From: Myxococcota bacterium
GTDB taxonomy: Bacteria > Myxococcota_A > UBA9160 > UBA4427
Assembly: GCA_965250285.1 (NCBI GenBank)
Contig: OZ252299.1
Location: 3,840,001 to 3,904,000 of the forward strand
Length of the DNA: 64,000 nucleotides
Direction: 5' to 3'
Below are positions 28,433 through 37,491 of this stretch, piece after piece. The position numbers were made by a program, and so were the translations under genes. Position 1 is the stretch's first letter, and every line of letters starts with the position of its first letter. Below the pieces are notes generated by a model. The model was not told where the DNA came from. It saw only the letters and a list, made by a program, of their open reading frames with translations, and ran no database searches.

Positions 28433-29104
28433 TCAGCGCGGCGGCAAGTCGCCCTCCATGATCGCGATCGACTCCTTGCGCGTGACGAGCTTGTTGATCG
28501 CGTATGCCTTTCCGGGGAGCTTCGAAAGATCTCCGGCGATCGCGCATGCCCGATCGATCGCCTTTCCCTCCGCAACGACCTCATCGAGAAAGCCGGCTTC
28601 GACCGCGCCCTCGGCCTCGTAGACCCGCGACTGCACGATGGACGGGATCCAGAGCTGCCGTGACAGGCGCGCCTTGAGCGGCTCGAGCGACCACGGGCCG
28701 AGCCCCATGCCCATCTTGGTCTCGGTCATGCCGATCTTGAACTTGCCCTCTTCGCCGATGCGGGTATCGCAGGAGCAGAGCCAGATTGCGCCGATCGTGA
28801 ACGCGTGGCCGGTGCACGCCGCGACCAGCGGCTTGCCCATCGACCAGAGGCGCAGCGCGAGCTGCCCACCCGCCTGCCCGAGCGCCATGGCCGCCTTCAT
28901 GTCGCCGCCCGTCATCGTGGCCAGGTCGAACCCGGCGCAGAACGAGCCGGGCCGGCCGGCGAAGACGATGGCCTTGGCGTCGGCCTCGGCCTTGTCGAAG
29001 GCGACGTGCAGGTCGGCCAGAGCTTCGTGGGTGATGGCGTTCTTCTTGCCGTCGTCCATGGTGATCAGGGCGACGTCGTCCTGGAGGTCGATCGAGACGT
29101 CCAT
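28433..29104 (-). CDS. Crotonase/enoyl-CoA hydratase family protein
   Basis: MDDGKKNA, FCAGFDL, ACTGHA, IGMTE. Confidence 0.9.
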   Translation of the reverse strand: MDVSIDLQDDVALITMDDGKKNAITHEALADLHVAFDKAEADAKAIVFAGRPGSFCAGFDLATMTGGDMKAAMALGQAGGQLALRLWSMGKPLVAACTGHAFTIGAIWLCSCDTRIGEEGKFKIGMTETKMGMGLGPWSLEPLKARLSRQLWIPSIVQSRVYEAEGAVEAGFLDEVVAEGKAIDRACAIAGDLSKLPGKAYAINKLVTRKESIAIMEGDLPPR

Positions 29105-29143
29105 GGTTCTTCTCCTTGCGGGCCACGGATGGGCCCGGGCGAG

Positions 29144-30121
29144 TCAGCCGCGCAGAAAGCCGCCCAGGCGCTCGTCGATGATCTGCTGGGCCTCGGTCAT
29201 GATGCGGTCGATGAGCTCCTGGCACGTCGGAATGTCGTGGATGAGACCGGCGACCATGCCGCACGACCACGCACCGGCCTCCATCTCACCATCGGTCATG
29301 ATGCGCGGGTACACGCCGGCCACCTCGGGCAGGATGTCCTTGAACTCGAGCTCGGCGCCGAGCTCGCGCTCCTTGGTGAGCAGGCGCTCGACGGCTTCGT
29401 TCGTCAACACGCGCTCGGTGTTGCGAAGCGGTCGCATGATGAGACGCGTATCGAGCTCGGAGGCGGCCACGATCGCCGCCTTGACGTTGTCATGCACGGG
29501 CGCCTCCTTCGTGGCGATGAAGCGCGTGCCCATGTTCATGCCCTGCGCCCCCATTGCGAGCGACGCAACGAGCGAACGACCGTCGGCCATGCCGCCCGAG
29601 GCCACGAAGGGGATCTCGAGCTCGTCCGCCGCACGGGGCAGCAGGATCATGTTGGGGATGTCGTCTTCGCCGGGGTGTCCGCCGCACTCGAAGCCATCGA
29701 CCGACGCGGCGTCGCAGCCCAGGCGCTGTGCTTTCAGCGCGTGACGCACCGACGTGCACTTGTGGATGATCTTGATCCCGGCGTCCTTGAGAATCGGCAG
29801 CACCTGCTCGGGGTTTCGGCCTGCCGTCTCGACGACGGGCACGCCCCCCTCGACGATTGCCTTTGCGTAGGCCGGATAGTCGGGAGCCTGCAGCGCCGGC
29901 AGGAACGTCAGGTTCACACCGAAGGGCTTGTCGGTCATGTCCTTGCAGCGCGCGATCTCGTTCGCGAGGTCGTCGGCCGATCGCTGGGTGAGCCCCGTGA
30001 TGATGCCGAGGCCACCGGCGTTCGACACCGCCGCGGCCATCTCGGCAAAGCCGACGTAGTGCATACCGCCCTGGATGATCGGATGCTCGATGCCGAACAT
30101 CTCCGTGATCGCCGTCTTCAT
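29144..30121 (-). CDS. Nitronate monooxygenase / FabK-like flavin oxidoreductase
   Basis: PIIQGGM, VSNAGGLG, DGFECGGH, ASGG, NMGTRF. Confidence 0.92.
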   Translation of the reverse strand: MKTAITEMFGIEHPIIQGGMHYVGFAEMAAAVSNAGGLGIITGLTQRSADDLANEIARCKDMTDKPFGVNLTFLPALQAPDYPAYAKAIVEGGVPVVETAGRNPEQVLPILKDAGIKIIHKCTSVRHALKAQRLGCDAASVDGFECGGHPGEDDIPNMILLPRAADELEIPFVASGGMADGRSLVASLAMGAQGMNMGTRFIATKEAPVHDNVKAAIVAASELDTRLIMRPLRNTERVLTNEAVERLLTKERELGAELEFKDILPEVAGVYPRIMTDGEMEAGAWSCGMVAGLIHDIPTCQELIDRIMTEAQQIIDERLGGFLRG

Positions 30122-30202
30122 CTCAATCTTCTCCTCGTCTTCGTGGTCACGTGAGGGCGCAAGAGTGGGGGTGATCGGAGAGCGCGTCGCGCTCGCGATG
30201 GG

Positions 30203-30829
30203 TCAACGCGGCTCGGACTCGTTCGGGCGCGCCTTCGCGTCAGGCGCTCGGGTCGCGCGATGCCTGCGGCCGGCCAGCCTGGGGCTGACCCAGGGCGCCT
30301 CTCCCGGCGTGCGCGCGCGCTTGGGCCAGCCGGGACCGGCCACGATCTCGAGGTCGGTGGCGTCGATCGGCTGGCCATCGGCATCGACCGCCACGAGCCC
30401 CGCGACTTCGCGACCGGTGCTGCGCTCGCGAAACTTCGCGGGTACCGCCGATTCGCCGAAGATCCACTTGTCGCCCCAGAGGCGCAGCGCCGTGATCGGG
30501 ATCCACAGATCGCGCCCCTTCCGCGTCAGGCGGTAGGCGTAGCGCTGACCGGGCTCGTCGAGCCGCTCCTTTTCCATGATGCCGTCGCGCACGAGGCGAC
30601 CGAGCCGATCGGAGAGCACGTTCTTCGCAATGCCGAGGTTCGACTCGAACTGCTGGAATCGCGTCGCGCCGAGCAGCGCATCGCGCACGATGAGCATCGT
30701 CCACCAGTCGCCGAGCTGCTCGAGCGCCTGGGCGACGCCGCAGTTCATCCGGTCGAAGCGGGTGCGCGACATGAGCAGGGGGCCTCCGCGCCGGGGCAGG
30801 CCCTCTCGGGCGCGCTCGGCGCTGGACAT
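30203..30829 (-). CDS. HxlR-family winged-helix regulator (alternative start 30772)
   Basis: CGVAQALEQLGDWWTMLIVRD, YRLTRKGRDL, LRLWGDKW. Confidence 0.9.
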   Translation of the reverse strand: MSSAERAREGLPRRGGPLLMSRTRFDRMNCGVAQALEQLGDWWTMLIVRDALLGATRFQQFESNLGIAKNVLSDRLGRLVRDGIMEKERLDEPGQRYAYRLTRKGRDLWIPITALRLWGDKWIFGESAVPAKFRERSTGREVAGLVAVDADGQPIDATDLEIVAGPGWPKRARTPGEAPWVSPRLAGRRHRATRAPDAKARPNESEPR

Positions 30830-30832
30830 TAC

Positions 30833-30851
30833 AGGTTGCTTGAAGCAACCT
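30833..30851. promoter_or_regulatory. Perfect palindrome AGGTTGCTT-G-AAGCAACCT, putative HxlR operator
   Basis: 9-bp arms in the divergent gap between hxlR-like gene and dsbD. Confidence 0.7.
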
Positions 30852-31000
30852 ACGAGACGACGCGCGCCCCGTCAACCACCAGCCACAGGCGACCCTCGCA
30901 GGTCGTCTGCTGGCGACGCGCGCCCCTTGCCTGATAGCGTCGAGCTGCGCCGGCCCATCTGGAGCGACACACGACCGTGCCCTCTCTCCCGACTCGATCC

Positions 31001-33319
31001 ATGACCGCCCGAGCCCTCCTCTGGCTCGTCTCGGTGTGTGGACTCGGCGCGCTGCTGCCCTTCGCAGCCGCCGCCGAGGGCCCGCGCGGCGAGGGCGGCT
31101 ACGACCGCGACGAGCCGCGGGTCGCGGCCGCGCTGCTGGTCGATGCCGAAACGGTCGCGCCGGGCGAGAAGGTGCGCGTCGGCGTCCACTTCACGCTCGA
31201 CCCCGACTGGCACATCTACTGGCGCAATGCCGGCGATGCCGGTGCGGCGACGCGGCTCACCTGGGACGTGCCCGGCGCCGAGGTCGGGCCGACGCAGTGG
31301 CCGGCGCCGACGGTCTTCCGCGAGACCGAAGTGCTCCTCGTGACGTACGGCTACACCGGCGACGTGCTGCTCGCGAGCGACGCCGTCTTCGCGCCCGACG
31401 CGTTTGGCCCCACCCGCATCGACGTCGATGCCGAATTCGTCGTGTGCAAGATCGACTGCATCCCCGGCCGAATCGCGCTCTCCCGCGAGATCATCGTCGC
31501 GGCCCCCGGCCAGCCGCCTAGCGAAGAGGTGCGCCGCCCCTTCGATGAAGCGGCGCTGCGAGTGCCCAACCGCCCCGACGCGCTCGGCCTCTTCGTCGCG
31601 GCTCGGCTCGGCCCGAGCGCCGTTCGGCCGGGCGACAACTTCGAGCTCGCCCTCGACGTCGTGTCCTGCGTCGACGCCGACACCGATGACTGCGTGCCGT
31701 GGCGACTCGACGCGACGCTCAACGACGAAGCGTTCGTGCCCGAGGCGCTGCCGACCGTCCGGCTCGCGGCCCGGGGGCTCGGCCGACCGCCGACCGCCGA
31801 CCCGGGCTTCTCGCTCATCGTCGAAGGGCACGCGTTCGATGATCCCGGCGTCGAGACCCAACCGCTGCGCGGCGTCATCCCGATCGTCCGCGGCACCGAT
31901 CGCACCTTCGTCGAGATCGACGTGGCGCTGCCGCGGGCGCCCGCCGAGGCCGCAATCACGCCGGCCGCCCTCGGTGGCTTCGAGGTCGTTGCCGCGCTCG
32001 AAGAGCCCCGGGCCGCATCCCACGACGCGCGCGACGCGGCCGGCGCAACCGACCCGGCCACCCCTTCCCTCGCGCTCGCCCTGCTCTTCGCGCTGATCGG
32101 CGGACTCGTGCTGAACCTCATGCCGTGCGTTCTGCCCGTGCTCGCGATCAAGGTCTTCGGTGTCGCCGAGATCGCCCACGCCGATCGCGCCACGTTGGTC
32201 CGGCACGGTGTCGCCTACCTCGCCGGCGTCCTCGCTTCGATGGCCGCGCTGGCCGGCGTCGTCGTCGCGCTGCGCGCCGCCGGCACCTCGGTCGGGTGGG
32301 GCTTCCAGTTCCAGGAGCCGGTCTTTCTCGCGGCGATCTGCACCCTGCTCGTCGTCTTCGCGATGAACCTCTTCGGCGTGTTCGAGGTGACCTGGCAGCC
32401 TTCGGGGCCGGCCAGCGCGCCAGCGGTCGGGCCACCGACGACGCAGCGAAGCTTCTTCGAGGGCACCCTCGCCGTGGTCCTCGCCACGCCGTGTACGGCC
32501 CCGTTTCTCGGTACGGCCGTCGGCTTCGCCTTCGCCGGCTCGACGACGGTGATCTTCGCGATCTTCCTCGCGATCGGCTTCGGTCTGGCTGCGCCGTATG
32601 TGCTCATCACCTTCGTCCCGGGGCTCGCGCGATTCGTGCCGCGACCGGGCGCCTGGATGCTGCGCGTGCGCAGCGTGCTCGGCTTCACGCTCCTCGCCGC
32701 GGCCGCATGGCTGCTCTGGGTCATGGGCCGGGCCGTCGGTGTCGATGGTCAGGGGCTGCTGCTCGCCTACCTCGTCGGGGTGGCCTTCCTCGTCTGGGTC
32801 TTCGGCACGCTCCAGGCGGGACCACGCACCACCGCAGCCCGCGTCGCCGCTGCCTCGATCGCCGCCTTCGTCGTCGCGGCCCTCGCGTTGTTGCCGCTCG
32901 ACCCCGCTCCGGTCGAAGCGGTCGAGGTCGCCGACGCGAGCGCAGGCGGCCCAGCAGGCACCTGGTCGCGCTGGGCGCCGACGGCCATCGATCGCGAGCG
33001 CGCGGCGGGGCGCCCGGTCTTCGTCGAGTTCACGGCCGACTGGTGCATCACGTGCAAGGTCAACGAGTCGGTGGTCCTGTCGACCGACGCCGTGCGTCAA
33101 GAGCTGACGCGACTCGACTTTGCCACGTTCAAGGCCGACTGGACGCTCCGCGACGAAGAGATCGGCCGAGCGCTCGCCGAATGGGGTCGTGCGGGTGTTC
33201 CGATGTACCTCGTCTATCCGGCCGACACCGCGCAGCGTCCGATGCTGCTGCCCGAGCTGCTCACCGTCGAGACCACCGTCGAGGCCCTGCGCGCCGCCGG
33301 ACAGGGCGAAGGGGTCTGA
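31001..33319 (+). CDS. dsbD: Thiol:disulfide interchange protein DsbD (ScsB-like, alpha-beta-gamma domains)
   Basis: Signal peptide; WHIYWRNAGD and CKIDC (alpha); LMPCVLP and ATPCTAP (TM beta); FTADWCITC thioredoxin (gamma). Confidence 0.92.
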   Translation: MTARALLWLVSVCGLGALLPFAAAAEGPRGEGGYDRDEPRVAAALLVDAETVAPGEKVRVGVHFTLDPDWHIYWRNAGDAGAATRLTWDVPGAEVGPTQWPAPTVFRETEVLLVTYGYTGDVLLASDAVFAPDAFGPTRIDVDAEFVVCKIDCIPGRIALSREIIVAAPGQPPSEEVRRPFDEAALRVPNRPDALGLFVAARLGPSAVRPGDNFELALDVVSCVDADTDDCVPWRLDATLNDEAFVPEALPTVRLAARGLGRPPTADPGFSLIVEGHAFDDPGVETQPLRGVIPIVRGTDRTFVEIDVALPRAPAEAAITPAALGGFEVVAALEEPRAASHDARDAAGATDPATPSLALALLFALIGGLVLNLMPCVLPVLAIKVFGVAEIAHADRATLVRHGVAYLAGVLASMAALAGVVVALRAAGTSVGWGFQFQEPVFLAAICTLLVVFAMNLFGVFEVTWQPSGPASAPAVGPPTTQRSFFEGTLAVVLATPCTAPFLGTAVGFAFAGSTTVIFAIFLAIGFGLAAPYVLITFVPGLARFVPRPGAWMLRVRSVLGFTLLAAAAWLLWVMGRAVGVDGQGLLLAYLVGVAFLVWVFGTLQAGPRTTAARVAAASIAAFVVAALALLPLDPAPVEAVEVADASAGGPAGTWSRWAPTAIDRERAAGRPVFVEFTADWCITCKVNESVVLSTDAVRQELTRLDFATFKADWTLRDEEIGRALAEWGRAGVPMYLVYPADTAQRPMLLPELLTVETTVEALRAAGQGEGV

Positions 33320-33321
33320 GC

Positions 33322-33374
33322 TTGCCCCGAACAGTGAGAGCTGTACTCTCACCTACTTGAGAGTCCAACTCTCA
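33322..33374 (+). promoter_or_regulatory. Tandem TGAGAG-N5-CTCTCA operators with candidate promoter (TTGCCC...TACTCT)
   Basis: Palindromes 33335-33351 and 33358-33374 upstream of ATG 33429. Confidence 0.8.
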
Positions 33375-33428
33375 ATCATGGTCGGCACGCTGCGCAGCGG
33401 GTCGCCGGCCGACCGAGGAGGAATCGCG

Positions 33429-34190
33429 ATGAAATCGATGACGCTGGGGACGAAGCTCGGCTTCGGTGCGTTGGCCCTGGCCCTGATCTCGCTCGTCGCG
33501 TGGCAGTACCACATTCGCACGGTGGACATCCCCGAGAACCGGACGCTCTTCGTGATCGCGTTCGTGACCGCCGTCGCGCTCGGCATCGCCGCTTTCGTGA
33601 AGGGCGCGGGCTGGGCGGGGCGAATCGCGGCGGTGTTCGCGATCTTCATCGGGACGCTCTTGCCGTTCACGATCTCGGTCAGTCGACAGGATCTCGCGCC
33701 CGGCGCGATCTCGGTGGGCGACACCCTGCCGGCCTTCGCATCGGTCGACGACCGAGGCGAGCCCTTCGACTCGGAGCGCTTGAGAGGCCACCCCGTCCTC
33801 ATCAAGTTCTTTCGAGCCCACTGGTGACCCTACTGTGTCGCCGAGTTACGGCGATGGGAAGAGTTGAGGCCCGAGTTCGATCGGCGCGACGTGCAGGTTC
33901 TGACCGTCAGCACCGACCACCCGGAAGAGATTCGTGAAGGCCGAACGCGTCATGGCTTGCAGGCCATCATGCTCTCCGACCCCGAACTCGTGGTGACCGA
34001 TGCATTCGGGCTGCGCAATACGGGCTTCCACTCGGCGCCGCCGAGCGACGACACCGAGGCGTTGCCCGTACCGGCTTCGATTCTCGTCGATGCCGACGGC
34101 ACCGTACTGTGGATGGACATCGCCGAGAACTACCAACGGCGATCGCCCCCCTCGGTCGTCCTCGCGGCACTGCAGCGGTACCTCGACTGA
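33429..34190 (+). CDS. Membrane-anchored peroxiredoxin-like (AhpC/TSA, thioredoxin-fold) selenoprotein; UGA 33825-33827 read as Sec (UxxC)
   Basis: GAGGAG RBS; ORFs 33120-33827 and 33864-34190 are in one frame separated only by TGA; read-through gives VLIKFFRAHW-U-PYCVAEL...VLTVSTD...LSDP...PASILVDADG; SECIS-like hairpin follows. Confidence 0.88.
33828..33858 (+). promoter_or_regulatory. Putative bacterial SECIS element
   Basis: Stem GUCGCCG/CGGCGAU (33837-33843/33849-33855), loop AGUUA starting after a 16-nt spacer from UGA with G at loop position 2. Confidence 0.75.
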
Positions 34191-34250
34191 AGACAGGCGC
34201 GGACGAACACTGACACCGGCGTCTTCCATAGAGCCCCCAGGAGCCCCCCC

Positions 34251-35108
34251 ATGAAGATCGGACTGATCCCCATCAACGTCACCGTCGCCAGCGTCGACGC
34301 CATGGTCGCGCTCGCGCAGAAGGCCGAATCGATCGGCCTCGAGTCGGTCTGGACGTTCGAGCACGCCATCGTGCCCACCGACTACAGCTCGAAGTACCCC
34401 TACAGCGCGGACGGCAAGATGGGGGTCACGCCCGAGACGAACTTCGTCGATCCACTCATCGCGCTGTCGGTCGTCGCCCAGGCCACCGAGACGCTCCGCC
34501 TCGGTACCGGGGTCAACATCCTCCCGCAGACGAACCCGCTGATGCTCGCCAAGCAGGCGGCCAGCCTCGACTTCGTGTCGAAGGGTCGCTTCATGCTCGG
34601 CGTCGGCATCGGTTGGTTGAAAGAAGAGTTCGAAGCCATGGGGACGCCCTTCGAGAAGCGCGGCGCCCGCTTCGACGAGTACATCGAGGCGATGCGCAAG
34701 ATCTGGTCGGGCGACACGGTCGAGCACCAGAGCGAGCACCTCAACTGGACCGGCTTCAAGAGCCATCCGCTGCCGATCCAGAGCCCCTTCCCGGTCGTGA
34801 TCGGCGGTTCGAAGGGCAAGGTCTTCGAGCGCACGGCGCGCTTCGGCAACGGCTGGTTCGCACCGACGGTCAGCGCCGACCAGCTGAAGCCGATGCTCGC
34901 GCCGCTGAGCGAAGCGTGCGCGGCTGTGGGACGCGACCCGAGCGAGATCGAGATCTCGGCGATGTGGGTGCCGGCCATGGGGCTCGACAGCCTGCGCCAA
35001 TACGAAGACCTCGGCGTCTCGCGCCTGATCGTGCCGGGCCAGACGCTCGGCGGCGATCCCATGGCCGGGCTCGACGGCCTCGCCGACGACGTGCTCGCCA
35101 AGCTCTGA
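34251..35108 (+). CDS. LLM-class (probably F420-dependent) oxidoreductase, Rv2161c-like
   Basis: SVWTFEH, DPLIALS, LGTGV, LGVGIGWLKEEF. Confidence 0.92.
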   Translation: MKIGLIPINVTVASVDAMVALAQKAESIGLESVWTFEHAIVPTDYSSKYPYSADGKMGVTPETNFVDPLIALSVVAQATETLRLGTGVNILPQTNPLMLAKQAASLDFVSKGRFMLGVGIGWLKEEFEAMGTPFEKRGARFDEYIEAMRKIWSGDTVEHQSEHLNWTGFKSHPLPIQSPFPVVIGGSKGKVFERTARFGNGWFAPTVSADQLKPMLAPLSEACAAVGRDPSEIEISAMWVPAMGLDSLRQYEDLGVSRLIVPGQTLGGDPMAGLDGLADDVLAKL

Positions 35109-35208
35109 AACACGAGCACGCGCGCCGAGGAGCACCGTCAGAATCGCGGCGGCCGGCGCGGCGACACTCGCTGCGACTCGCCGCGGCTGAACGCAGTCGA
35201 GGGAAGCC

Positions 35209-37440
35209 ATGATCAAGAAGGCTCTGCTGGTCGTCGCCGTTCTGCTGCTGGCGTTCGCAGCGTGGCTCTACGCCGGCGCGAACGGATGGCTCGGTGAGAT
35301 CGAAGCGCCCGGTGAGATCCACGCCGGCGCCCGCCCCGCTGACACGGTGGCCGCGTACGCCGATGCGCAGACCGAGACGGCGCGCCTGCTCGGTGCGCCG
35401 CCCGACAAGCAGATCCTCTTCGGCGACTTCCACGTCCACACGACGTTCAGCTTCGACGCGTTCTTGATGAATCTGCCGCTGGTGGGTGGGGCGGGCACCC
35501 ATCCTCCGGCCGATGCGTGCGACTTCGCGCGGTTCTGCTCGGCGCTCGACTTCTGGTCGATCAACGACCACGCCGAGAATCTGACCGCTGAGCTCTGGGA
35601 TCGCACGGTCGATTCGGTCCGCGAGTGCAACGCGGTCGCGGGTGATCCGGCGAACCCCGACCTGGTCACGTACCTCGGCTGGGAGTGGAGCCACATCGGC
35701 GACCGGCCCGAGAACCACTACGGACACAAGAACGTCGTGCTGCGCGGCCTGGCGGACGACGAGATCCCGACGCGGCCGATCGCTTCGCGCGGCCCCGCAA
35801 CGCGTTCGGGGCTGAACGTGCCTTTCGCGGCCCGCGCTGCGCTCGCCACGGCGGGTGGTCAGCGTGGCCGCGACTTCGTGAAGCTGATCGGCGAGGTCAG
35901 CGACGCCGACCGGTGTCCCGAGGGCGTGCCGGTGCGCGAGCTGCCCGACGACTGCCTCGAGTCGACGGCGACCCCCGAGGCGCTCTTCGCGAAGCTCGAT
36001 GACTGGGGCTTCGACTCGATCGTGATCCCGCACGGCACGTCGTGGGGCCTCTACACGCCCGCGGGCTCCGATTGGCGCAAGCAGCTGAAGGGACACGACC
36101 CGGCGCGGCAGACCCTCGTCGAGCTCTACTCGGGCCACGGCAACTCGGAGCAGCTGCCGAGCTGGCGACCCGTCGACATGGCGGCGGACGGCTCGCTCAC
36201 GTGCCCGGCGCCGAGCGACGGCTACCTGCCGAGCTGCTGGCGCGCCGGTGAGCTGATCGAAGCGCGCTGCAAAGAGCTGGGTGAGAGCGACGCCGAGTGC
36301 GCCCGCCGCGCCGCCGACGCCCGCGCCAACTACGTCGCCGCGTTCCAGGCCGGCTGGAAGACCCTGCCCGGCTACGAGCCGAATGACTGGGTCGACGCGG
36401 GCCAGGCGCCGCAGAGCATGTTCCAACCCGCCTTCAACTATCGGCCCCGGGGCTCGGCGCAGTACATGCTGGCGATCCGCGACTTCAGCGACCCGGCCAA
36501 GCCCAAGGGCTTCGACTTCGGGTTCATCGGCTCGAGCGACACCCACACGGCACGCGGCGGCACTGGCTACAAGGAGCAGTACCGCGGCGAGATGACCGAC
36601 GGGCGGGGCAGGCAGGGCGACGCACAGACCGACGGCGGCGGCCTGTTCGGTTCGAGCAACGACGCCGACGCCCCGGTCGACGCGTCGGTGCCGTTCGTCA
36701 GCAGCGGCGAGAGCCCGCTGCAGCTCTTCGAGATCGAGCGCGGCTCGGCCTACTTCGTGACCGGCGGCCTGGTGGCCGTCCATTCCCCTGGCCGCGATCG
36801 CGACTCGATCTGGAACGCGCTGCAGAAGAAGGAGGTGTACGCGACGAGCGGTCGGCGCACGCTCCTCTGGTTCGACCTGATCGACGGCGGCGCAGCGATG
36901 CCCATGGGCTCGACGACGAGCCGCAGCGACAACCCGCGCTTTCGCGTGCGCGCGATGGGCTCGTTCGAGCAAGCACCGGGCTGCCCCGATCACGTCGTCG
37001 ATGCCCTCGGCGCGGATCGGGTCGATCACGTCTGCATGGGCGAGTGCTACAACCCGAGCACCGAGCGACGCCCAATCACCCGCATCGAGGTCGTGCGCAT
37101 CCGACCCCAGATCGCCGAAGACGAACCGGTCGACGGGCTCGTCGAAGATCCGTGGCGGGTGCTGCCCTGCCCGGCCGACGGATCGGGCTGCGTGGTCGAG
37201 TTCGCCGACGCCGAGTTCGCGGGCTCGAGCCGCGACGCCGTGTACTACGCGCGCGCGATCGAGGCGCCGGACGAGCTGATCCACGGCCGCGACCAGCTCG
37301 GCTGCGAGTACGATGCCGAGGGACGATGCATCGCGATCACCCCGTGCGGCGCGAACACGCCCGTCGCAGACGATTGCCTGGGCGTCGCCGAGCCCCGCGC
37401 GTGGTCGTCGCCGATCTTCGTCCACCACGCGGGTTCGTAA
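35209..37440 (+). CDS. DUF3604 domain protein (PHP-like metallohydrolase), exported
   Basis: Signal/TM N-terminus; FGDFHVHT, NDHAE, SSDTH, EVYATSG, YYARAIE, RAWSSPI. Confidence 0.88.
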   Translation: MIKKALLVVAVLLLAFAAWLYAGANGWLGEIEAPGEIHAGARPADTVAAYADAQTETARLLGAPPDKQILFGDFHVHTTFSFDAFLMNLPLVGGAGTHPPADACDFARFCSALDFWSINDHAENLTAELWDRTVDSVRECNAVAGDPANPDLVTYLGWEWSHIGDRPENHYGHKNVVLRGLADDEIPTRPIASRGPATRSGLNVPFAARAALATAGGQRGRDFVKLIGEVSDADRCPEGVPVRELPDDCLESTATPEALFAKLDDWGFDSIVIPHGTSWGLYTPAGSDWRKQLKGHDPARQTLVELYSGHGNSEQLPSWRPVDMAADGSLTCPAPSDGYLPSCWRAGELIEARCKELGESDAECARRAADARANYVAAFQAGWKTLPGYEPNDWVDAGQAPQSMFQPAFNYRPRGSAQYMLAIRDFSDPAKPKGFDFGFIGSSDTHTARGGTGYKEQYRGEMTDGRGRQGDAQTDGGGLFGSSNDADAPVDASVPFVSSGESPLQLFEIERGSAYFVTGGLVAVHSPGRDRDSIWNALQKKEVYATSGRRTLLWFDLIDGGAAMPMGSTTSRSDNPRFRVRAMGSFEQAPGCPDHVVDALGADRVDHVCMGECYNPSTERRPITRIEVVRIRPQIAEDEPVDGLVEDPWRVLPCPADGSGCVVEFADAEFAGSSRDAVYYARAIEAPDELIHGRDQLGCEYDAEGRCIAITPCGANTPVADDCLGVAEPRAWSSPIFVHHAGS

Positions 37441-37491
37441 AGCGCCGATCCACGTGAAGGCGTGCCGCCGGGATGGCGGACCACCAGCCGC

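Noticed and set aside
33429..34190. Interpretation as a nonsense-disrupted pseudogene or two small genes
   Set aside because: The only stop is a TGA exactly at the redox-active position and is followed by a SECIS-like hairpin; both halves look intact and the second lacks a convincing start
34188..34253. In-frame read-through from the selenoprotein stop (TGA) into the LLM gene
   Set aside because: The LLM gene has its own AGGAG RBS and ATG; the linker is non-coding-like and there is no catalytic context for a second Sec
30872..37428. Very long antisense ORFs (e.g. 30872-33352, 34870-37428) and similar ones throughout the window
   Set aside because: Typical stop-poor shadow frames opposite genuine genes in GC-rich DNA; no family motifs
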